Shown here piece by piece: positions 54,692 to 64,000 of a DNA stretch of 64,000 bases; position 1 is the stretch's first letter, and every line of letters begins with the position of its first letter. Location: NCBI GenBank assembly GCA_964016885.1, contig OZ024741.1, positions 80,228,001 through 80,292,000 on the forward strand, read 5' to 3'. A program made the position numbers and the translations under genes. Origin of the DNA: Eledone cirrhosa. Its lineage: Eukaryota. The notes under the pieces were generated by a model. That model was not told the origin of the DNA. It searched no databases and worked only from the letters and a program-made list of their open reading frames with translations.

Positions 54692-55681
54692 CTAGCATTA
54701 AAGCCCAGCGTTGCTCGGGGTCATTAAGTTACCAAAGTTAGGTTGCACCACCCATTTTATGGCAGCACTTTTTTGTCTGCCAGGCACTGGGTGAATGAAT
54801 TGCAGACCTGGAAGCATGAGCTGCGCCAGCAGTGACAATTGTAGTTTCGCCTATGGATATTATCTCTGTGCAAAAAAGTGTTGAAATTTATTGTTTCACA
54901 GTACTTGTGCAACACGCGCGTAGACGATGCCAGCCGAACAACAGAGCTGCGATGGAGTTGTTCTGCATGGTTGTCTGTATGTTTTCTAAATTTAAGACAG
55001 TAGGGAGGGTTGTGATATGAGGGAGAGTTAGCTGTTGTTTCTAGCAGGTTTAGTGACCTCATAGAGGATATGTGTTTTCTAAATTTAAGACAGTAGGGAG
55101 TGGTGTGATATGGGGGAGAGTTAGCTGCTGTTTCTAGCAGGTTTAGTGACCTCATAGAGGATATTTTCTAAATTTAAGACAGTAGGGAGGGGTGTGATAT
55201 GGGGGAGAGTTAGCTGCTGTTTCTAGCAGGTTTAGTAACCTCATAGAGGATATGTGCTTTCTAAATTTAAGACAGTAGGGAATGGTGTGATATGGGGGAG
55301 AGTTAGCTGCTGTTTCTAGCAGGTTTAGTAACCTCATAGAGGATATGTGTTTTCTAAATTTAAGACAGTAGGGAGTGGTGTGAACGGACAGTATCACCAT
55401 CAAGCTTGGAAAGAGAAAGTAGCAGAAAGTATGAAGTTGTATAGATTTTGAATGGTAGTAGAAAGAGTTCAGCAGTTTAAATGAGAGAGAAAATCGTAAA
55501 ATATTGAGTTTTATCTATTTTTGGCGTAATTGTGGGTGAAATTGAAAAAATTACCTGCGTCAAGACGCAATCGAAACTATTTCGAATACTGAATTGTAAA
55601 TTTCAATTGAAGAAATTCTATATCGTAGATTTCTATAACGAAGGAGCATGACCACACACTGAGCTTTATAAATTATGATGA
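54692..55681 (-). mobile_element. Non-autonomous Helitron with internal tandem repeats of about 92 bp
   Basis: Reverse-complement 3' end CCCGAGCAACGCTGGGCTTTAATGCTAG|T matches 27251-27278. About 4.5 tandem units lie at 54975-55382. The 5' TC end is approximate. Confidence 0.78.
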
Positions 55682-56210
55682 TAAATAGCATTTTCAAAAA
55701 ATACATAAGTGAAAACAAAACAGTGCCATCAAATTTTTACGAAAAAAAAAATGTGTATTCTTTACTAATTATATTACTGGCAGTATACAGTATACTAAAT
55801 GTTAATACAGAATGTTACGATTGAATTTTTAAATAATTGTGAATGCATAGTATACTGTTATTTAGAGTAGAGTATGCAAGTGATTGTTTTTACCTTCTAC
55901 AATAAAAACATATAATATTTGCAAAGTCCAGAGACTTTCAAAAATGACCTTTGGTCTTTCACACTCACCCAATATATATATCTGGGAGTGTATGTGTGTA
56001 CATGTATATGTGTATATATAGATTTATATATATGTATACATACATGTTTTCAACTTGTACAAAAATTATTTGGTGACACATTCTCCCTAGGGACTTTAGA
56101 CTGAAGAACTGACCACTAATTGATTTTACATATGTCTTTAACACATTGATATCAAAACTTATTTGGCCAGCAGCTCATGTGTATGTGTAAGCATATATAT
56201 ATATATATAT

Positions 56211-56417
56211 AGAAGTGGTTACACAACAGTTAGTTCACCATACTGAGAACAATTGTTTCACCTTAGCGGATCCTCAGCTGAGGACGAGCTGAGGATCCGC
56301 TAAGGTGAAACAATTGTTCTCGGTATGGTGAACTAACTGTTGTGTAACCACTTCTACCTAACTCGTCCCATGGACTGAGTGCTCTACTACTACGGATATT
56401 ACCTTCCAGTGTTCTAC

Positions 56418-56421
<4 letters not shown>
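56211..56421. mobile_element. Family H3 fold-back element with back-to-back hammerheads (56244-56280 minus, 56285-56322 plus)
   Basis: CGAG-CUGAGGA-UCCGCUAAGGU-GAAACAAUUGUU^CUCG within an inverted repeat of about 70 bp; flanked by (TA)n and a further inverted repeat (56161-56195 / 56487-56522). Confidence 0.88.
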
Positions 56422-56491
<70 letters not shown>

Positions 56492-57399
56492 TTACACATA
56501 CACATGAGCTGCTGGCCAAATAAGGTTTGCGTGTGTGTGTGTGTGTGTGTGTGTCCATGTATGCATGCATAAATAAATACAGTAAGTTATAAATTTAGAC
56601 AACCAGTGATTCTAACTGTGAGCACTATCATATATTTGGGTTTGACCAAATGCTTTGCTTATTTGTTTATTTATTTTTAAAGAATTTTTATTCTTTCTCT
56701 AAGACTTTTTTTAAAGATATTTTTTGAAAGCAAAGCATTGGACCCTAAACTACTACAGTGGGCTCCTGCAATGCTTGCCATTGGGCAACCTGGCAACCTG
56801 GCAACCTGGCCAGCCCGCCACTGCATACATATATACATGTATACAATGTATTTTTTACTTGGCAAAGATCAATATATGCTTTAAACGTACTAAAAAAAAG
56901 TTGTCAAGACACTTTCCAAACATCAAACTTTTTCTCTGATAGAAAAACCTTTTGTTGACAGAAGTAATAGCTCATTGAACTTTATCTAGATAGTTCTTAC
57001 TCTAAATGTTATATTTTCAGAATACCCACAACCACTGCTAATTAGGTCACCTAGGAAACAAAAGCTGTCAACTACTTCTAGGCAGTTATTTGATCCTATG
57101 TTTTGTTGCCTACTTCTCCTATACATCTGTCACATATAAAGTCTACATTCTTCATTAACCTGCCTAGACCTCTTGTGTACACTGTGTGGAATTCCTACGT
57201 ACTATTACTACATATATGTGTGTGTGTGCGTGTGCGCGTGTGTGTAGAATCAGCATAGCCAACAAAGCAACAGAGTTCAAGAAAAAAGGCATAAGTCCTT
57301 TACTTTTTAAGATTTGAAAATTCAAGATACATGAAGTTACTGGACCTGTAAACTATGTAAGATTTCAATATAACTAGCACCAGCTTTAATAACAATATC

Positions 57400-58330
57400 A
57401 AGGTGCCCTTGGAATCAGGAACAGGTGCGTTCAGGGTTGCATCTGACAAATCTGGAATACTTGAAAGATGCACTGTTTTAGCTAGTTCTTTGTGTTGCAG
57501 GCAGTCTTGTTGGTGACTCTCTTGACCACACCTCAGAAAAAAATAGTTCGGAGAATTGCAGTCTGGAGAGATAGGAGGTCATATGTCTAGTCTGACATGG
57601 TTGTAAAACTTGTCTGAGATCCATTTTTTAGTCTTCATGGCCATATGTGCAGGTGCGGGTACAGAATCTTGCTGGAAAATATAAGGTCTTCTCCTTGCCA
57701 CCTCTAAAATCCAGGGCTTTACTACAGTCACCAGAAGCCCCTGGTACACATCCTGGTTCACCTTCAGGTATACATTAAAGATGTTGGTGGCCATGCCATG
57801 TCTCTCAAAGCTGATCATGTCAAAAACCATGTGGGCAGGAAACTTGGTTTTCATGTACCTGAGAACAACATGAGCGCTAACAGCTAACTACCTGTTATTC
57901 TGCTTATTGTGTGCCTTGTTCTGGTACACGTTTTTTCACCTGAGAAAAACCACATTTTTGATGGCCATCTTCACACAGTTCTCCTTGGATTTCTGAGAGG
58001 GAGCTTTCCTATTTGCATCTTGTAAGACTTATAACAAAGGTCTTCATTCACACAAGTCCTATTAAGGAACTACTCCACTTCCTGGATGAAATCAGCATCT
58101 CTCCCCCTTTGTTTACTGCAATTATGAATTTTCCTAGCAACCACAATGTCATAGTCAAAGTTACTGTCCTCTAACTCTTTCTTCACTCTCAGGACTGTGC
58201 TCAGTGGGAGCTTTAATTTGTCAACAATGGCTTTGTTATTCATTCTGGCGCAAACTGTGTACACCAGTACCTTACTTTTTAACACCTCAGGACACTTGTA
58301 TTCACTTAATCTGTCAGGGTTCACCAATTT
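57400..58330 (-). pseudogene. Degenerate Tc1/mariner-superfamily transposase
   Basis: HTH (IVDKLKLPLSTVLRVKK), TKFPAHMVF..IS..G, VVKPWI..YIFQQDSVPAPAHMAMKTKKWI, and PPISPDCNS. Confidence 0.8.
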
Positions 58331-58424
58331 TTTGAAGCCAGATAGACTATAAAAGGAAAGCAATGATAGTTTACATCATAGCTTTCAAAATAGTATATTA
58401 TTGTTAGTTTATATTTATATATAC

Positions 58425-58477
<53 letters not shown>

Positions 58478-58478
<1 letters not shown>

Positions 58479-58671
58479 GCATGACTCCGACGGCAGAGCT
58501 CAAGCCGTTTCGACGGCTTGAGCTCTGCCGTCGGGGTCATACATTTTCCTATTACCCACTCTACTACCCGAAGTGTTGAGTACTCTGGTGCATTATGGTC
58601 CATGTGGTTCCTTACCACAACTCCCGCGTTATATATATATATATAATCATCATATATATATATATATATAA

Positions 58672-58702
<31 letters not shown>

Positions 58703-58886
58703 ACGAAGGAGGTGTGGTAAGGAACCAGATGGACCATAACGCACCAGAGTACTCAATACTTAGGGTAGTAGAGTGGGTAATAGGATAATGTTTGAACCCG
58801 ACGGCAGAGCTAAAGCCGTTTCGAAAGCTATTTCCAGAAATAGCCGTCGAAACGGTTTGAGCTCTGTCGTCGGGGTCAAACATTTT

Positions 58887-58890
<4 letters not shown>
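58478..58890. mobile_element. Two family H2 fold-back elements tail-to-tail across (TA)n
   Basis: 58478-58632 (plus tail) and 58700-58890 (minus tail), each with a hairpin made of hammerhead 3' halves. Confidence 0.78.
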
Positions 58891-58925
<35 letters not shown>

Positions 58926-59053
58926 TCATCATCATCATCATCATTTTACGTCCGCTTTTCCCTGCTTGCAACGAAAAAAAAATAATATATATATATATAT
59001 ATACTGGAATTGAATAATCAAGACCGTAGCGGTATGTCATATATCAAATCATA

Positions 59054-59119
59054 TATTTTGTCTGATGAGAACGTACTGAAAAAACAACACAGTACCTTTG
59101 AAATATATATAATAAAGTA
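59054..59119 (+). ncRNA. Type I hammerhead ribozyme (family H4 variant)
   Basis: UAUUUUGU-CUGAUGA-G..GUACUG/CAGUAC..U-GAAA-UAUAUA-UA^-AUAAAGUA. Confidence 0.8.
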
Positions 59120-59165
59120 TATATTTTGATTATGAGAATATTTTTCATTTGTTAATATTTTGAAT

Positions 59166-59237
<72 letters not shown>

Positions 59238-59241
<4 letters not shown>

Positions 59242-59685
59242 GCGCATGGCTTAGTGGTTAGAGCATTGGGCTTGCAATCAAAAGGTTGTGAGTTCAATTC
59301 TCAGACCGGGTGATGTGTTGTTTCTTTGAGCAAGACACTTTATTTCAGATTGCTCCAGTTTACACAGCTGTAGAAATGAGATGATAGGACTGCGGTCCCT
59401 ATGATTCCACTGCAAAGTGGTCGTGGAGGTGCCACGGCAAAAAAGTACCCAGTCCACACTGTAAAGTGGATGTGTAGGCGCCACGGAAAAAAAGCACCCA
59501 GCACTCACGGTAAATGAGGTTGGTGTTAGGAAAGGCATCCAGCTGTAGAAATCAAGCCAGAATCGGTTCCCATATGAGCAAGACAAGGTCAGCCGACCGG
59601 ACACTGCCCACAACAGTTAGACAACCCGTCTAACTCATGCTAGCGTGGAAGAACGGACGTAAAACGGTGATGATGATGATGATGA
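59238..59685 (+). mobile_element. SINE family B (long-tail variant)
   Basis: A and B boxes plus core; tail CATGCTAGCGTGGAAGAACGGACGTAAAACGGTGATGATG. An inverted copy lies at 59918-60335. Confidence 0.88.
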
Positions 59686-59917
59686 TATATACATATATAT
59701 AAATACATATATGTATATATGTAGTGAAAATTTCTTTGGAAAGGAGAAAGGAAAAAAGCGTTTTGTGTAGTGCATGAGAGCTAAATTATTGTTATGATTC
59801 ATACACTTAACATGTATTGCACTACTAGGTTTGGTAGAACTACAGACTGTGCATGGTGGTGCAGAATACATGTAGTAGTGCAATACTTAAGCCCCTATCA
59901 TCATGTAGTGCAATACA

Positions 59918-60335
59918 TCATCATCATCATCATCACCATTTTACGTCCATTCTTCCACGCTAGCATGGGTTAGACGGGTTGTCCTGTTGTGGGCAGTGTC
60001 TGGTCGGCTGACCTTGTCTTGCTCATACAGGAACTGATTCTGGCTTGATTTCTACAGCTGGATGCCCTTCCTAACACCAACCTCATTTACAGTGAGTGCT
60101 GGGTGCTTTTTTTCCATGGCGCCTACACGTCCACTTTACAGTGTGGGCTGGGTGCTTTTTTTGCCGTGGCACTTCCACGACAACTTTGCAGTGGAATGAT
60201 AGGGACTCCAGTCCTATCATCTCATTTCTACAGCTGAGTAAACTGGAGCAATCTGAAATAAAGTGTCTTGCTCAAGGAAACAACACATCACCTGGTCTGA
60301 GAATTGAACTCACAACCTTTTGATTGCAAGCCCAA
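59918..60335 (-). mobile_element. SINE family B (5'-truncated)
   Basis: Reverse complement of 59265-59685. Confidence 0.85.
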
Positions 60336-61335
60336 AGCCAGAAATATCCGTCATCAGTGGTCTACTAGCCATCATAGGTATTTATTCGCATTACAGACCA
60401 TAAACCTCAGGCTACGGCGATGCAATAACTAAAATAAGTTATTGGGATAAAAAGAGTTGGGTGGAGAAAGAGAGACAGGTAAACAAACACGAATGGTGAG
60501 GCAACGTAAAGAGAGGAAAAAATGAGAAAATCAAAAATTCATTTTGAACATAAGAACGTGCGAATATTGACGAGAAGACGAAAAACACATCTTGGCTGTG
60601 CGAATGTGAGCGAGGAAAGAATTTTGTATGGTGTGGGACAATGGAGAAAGGGAGAGAGAGGGTGAGTAGCAGAGAGTGAGTGAAAGTTGGAGGAAGAGGC
60701 TAGCCAAGAGAGGGTGACTAGCAGAGGAGGTGAGTGAAAGTAAGAGGGAGAAGGAGAGAGAAGGGGGAGAGAGAAAGAGGATAGCAGTAAGGGAAGAGAA
60801 AAAGACAGGTCACGGCGAAGGGGAAAGCATATATGAATGAAAAATGGCGAGATGTGTTGTTGCAAATAGGATATATACGTTGCCTCACCATTCGTGTTTG
60901 TTTACCTGTCTCTCTTTCTTCACTCACTCTCTGCTACTCACCCTCTCTCTCCCTTCTTTCATCATCCCACATCGTACAAAATTCTTTCTTCGCTCACATT
61001 CACATGGCCAAGATGTGTCTTTCGTCTTCTCGTCAATATTCGCACGTTCTTATGTTCAAAATGAATTATTGACTTGATTTTCTCATTTTTTCCTCTCTTT
61101 ACGTTGCCTCACCATTCGTGTTTGTTTACCTGTCTCTCTTTCTCCACCCAACTCTTTTTATCCCAATAACTTATTTTAGTTATTGCATCGCCCTAGCCTG
61201 AGGTATATGGTCTGTAATGCGAATAAATACCTATGATGGCTAGTAGACCACTGATGACGGATAGTCCTGGCTTCTATTTCTTCATTTTATATATATATAT
61301 CCTATTTGCAACAACACAGCTCGCCATTTTTCATA
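60336..61335. repeat. About 1-kb non-coding fold-back element with partial hammerhead motif
   Basis: 60336-60535 is the reverse complement of 61073-61274; 60538-60682 of 60921-61068; 60835-60877 of 61295-61335. Confidence 0.8.
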
Positions 61336-61729
61336 TATATATATTTACTGTAATGAGACTATTTTGAGTTTCTAACTCAATACATGCCTTTGATATATAT
61401 ATATATATATATCTAAGGCGGGTAAAATTCCCGAGATCCATGGACGAGTTCTCTCCAGCGGTCTCTGTCCCTCATTATCGCTGCCATGTCCTGCGTCTCC
61501 TACAGACCAGTGTCTGTCCTTAGGGCATCAACATACGTTAACCTTGGTCTTCCTCTTCTAGTGTGTCCATATATATATATATAGTAATAATAATAAATTT
61601 GAAGACTAAAATCCAAAGAGGGCTCGATAAGGATAAATATATATCAAATATATAAGAACCATAGAGCAATAAGGGTGAAAGCAGGGATTCTTTGCTTAAA
61701 CTTTAATCTGTTATTTTTATATATATATA

Positions 61730-62092
61730 TGGAGGCACATGGCTTAGTGGTTAGAGCTTGCAATCGAAAGGTTGTGTGTTGTTTCCTTGAGCAAGACACT
61801 TTATTTCACATTGCTTATTTACAGTTTACTCAGCTGTAGAAATGAGATGATAGGACTGGGGTCCCTATCATTCCACTGTAAAGTGGTCGTGGAGGTGCTA
61901 TGGCAAAAAAGCACCCAGCCCACACTGTAAAGTTGTCGTGTAGGTGCCACAGCAAAAAAGCACCCAGCACTCACTGTAAATGAGGTTTGTGTTAGGAAGA
62001 GCATCCAGCTGTAGAAATCAAGCCAGAATCGGTTCCCGTCCCACCCTTGCAAGCAGGGAAAAGTGGACGTAAAATGATGAAGATGATGATGA

Positions 62093-62095
<3 letters not shown>
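61730..62095 (+). mobile_element. SINE family B with internal deletions
   Basis: Matches 52128-52460. Confidence 0.85.
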
Positions 62096-62145
<50 letters not shown>

Positions 62146-62159
62146 TATATATAACTTCT

Positions 62160-63275
62160 TCACCCACTTATTCCTGAGAGGGTCATGGGGCAAAGTCCTT
62201 GAACATTCCTTCCTGTCAGAAGCTACCGTCTCCAACAGATCCGGCTGGATCCCCAAGCGAGACCAGCCAAGCCAATGTATGTTATGCAACCATTTTGCTC
62301 AGTGTCTACCCTTGGATCTCCTGCTGGCTGGTTTGGGCCATAAAATCTGTCCAGCAATTCTTTCCTAGGACATTCTAACCACATGTCCATAGTATCTGAG
62401 CTGTTATCTCTCAATTCGGAGAAGTAGCAACTCTACCAGGAGTGACTATCTGGTCTCTGAGCTTATATTCGCAATTGTATTCTTTCAATCATTACCCAAG
62501 ATTCATGACCATAGGTAAGGGTTGGTATGAATACCGAATTGAAGATAGCGAGTTTGGCTTTTCCACCTATCTCCCTTCTGATTATCGAATACTGAAGCTG
62601 GCATATTACTGTACCAGTTCCTGCAATTCTTTCACTTAATTCAGCCTCCTACCTTCCATCACTCATGAACACGGCCCCGAAATACTTGAACTTCTCTACC
62701 TGTTTCAGTGGAAGTCCATTCACATGTAGAGTGCACTGTGCAGGCTTCCTTGAGAGGACAAGTATCTCAGTTTTTTCAGCACTGATTTTCATTCCAGCCA
62801 TGCAGCACTCAGCATCAAACCTGTCAAATGCAAGTCAGAGATCACCTTCTGTCGAGTTAAATAACACCATGTCATCTGCAAATTCCAGCCAATTGATTTT
62901 ACACCCACCAGTCATGACACCACTTCCAACTCGGCTGTGCATGTCAATCCTGTTCATGTAAATAATGAACAAGAGAGGTGACAGTATGCACCTATGGCAG
63001 AATTCAACACTTACATTGAATGGTTTCAACTTAACACCATTTATCCAAACACAAATACTTGGGCATTCATATAGAAACATCAGGGTAACAAGTAGCTGAC
63101 CATCAATCCCATACTCCTGGACAACCTTCCACAGCAGGTCCCAAGGAACGCAGTCATATGCCTTTTCAAGGTCGACAAAACAAAAATATATCTCTTGGCG
63201 ATTTCTCAAAGACCTGCCACAGTGTGAATATTTGGTTGGTTGTGCTGCATCTGGGGCAAAAACTGCAATGTTCAT
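62160..63275 (-). mobile_element. Degenerate RTE LINE (RT and 3' end)
   Basis: FVDLEKAYDCVP, ILSPLLFIIYM, LEFADDMVL and VEKFKYFG. Confidence 0.85.
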
Positions 63276-64000
63276 CAGCTAGCTTGGACTTGACAATTTC
63301 CTTGCATCTCTCTCTATATATATGTTATTTTGGGTGCAATTAATGCAGGCATAAACTGCATTCAACACGCAATGCAATGATTCCAAGGTGAAACTGTATC
63401 GACCCAAGGGATGATTACTCATTTGTTTTGTATGTAGAAATGGAAGACAACTACTACTAGTATCAAGAGGGATCACAGAGTATAAATAGAGAAAGAGAGT
63501 TAGAGATATGTCTATTTCGCGACATGTGTTTCGCTAGCGACTATTCTTAATTATATAATCATTATGTAATAGAGAATGGTTTTGAGCCTAGCCACAGGCG
63601 AAACACATTAAACTGATATATTTCTCTCTAGGTATATATATATATATATGAGTGTAAGCACAGGTACATTCAACTACGTATGCGTAGAATACGATAAACA
63701 GGTATTTCAATAATAATAATATTAAAAAATTGCAATTATTTCTTGTAAAAGAAAATTTTAAACAGAATTTTCTGGAAAAAAAAAAATGTTACGAACGAAC
63801 AATTTAATATAAAAATTTTAGACACCCGAAAGTCACTTGAAAGTAAACGTAGGTATGTAAAAAAAGAGAAAAATATAACGTTTTAGTTTTCGAATATTTA
63901 TATATTGATTCACTTTTCATTTTCAAGGAAATCGATATACTAAGTAAAGAACATATTTTAAAAAAATCTATTTCTTTCCTTCACTTATTGACCTATGGAA

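Larger units (their letters stand above)
54600..56823. mobile_element. Non-autonomous hAT element hosting nested insertions
   Basis: TIRs CAGTGGCGGACTGG / CCAGCCCGCCACTG with 8-bp TSD CATACATA on both sides. Confidence 0.85.

Overview
AT-rich, microsatellite-laden animal genomic DNA. The SINE/LINE repertoire is most consistent with an octopus or other coleoid cephalopod (inference, not verifiable here). Most of the window is transposon-derived: RTE-clade LINEs (one with three C-terminal C2H2 fingers), R4/Dong-like relics, two tRNA-SINE families, four non-autonomous Helitrons, hAT MITEs with 8-bp TSDs, and Tc1, pogo, Buster and Gypsy relics. It also holds a largely complete Penelope-like element (PLE; RT + GIY-YIG) with inverted arms. 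The most striking signal is at least five unrelated families of small non-coding elements, each built on a type I hammerhead ribozyme (CUGANGA...GAAA, usually with a palindromic stem III). They sit in (TA)n arrays as fold-back or tandem copies, like retrozymes or non-autonomous PLE passengers, alongside a candidate autonomous partner whose terminal repeat carries the same ribozyme type. There is also a tentative small 3-exon plus-strand gene (43.6-49.4 kb) with a possible antisense terminal exon in its intron. All calls were made by eye and coordinates of degenerate repeats are approximate.
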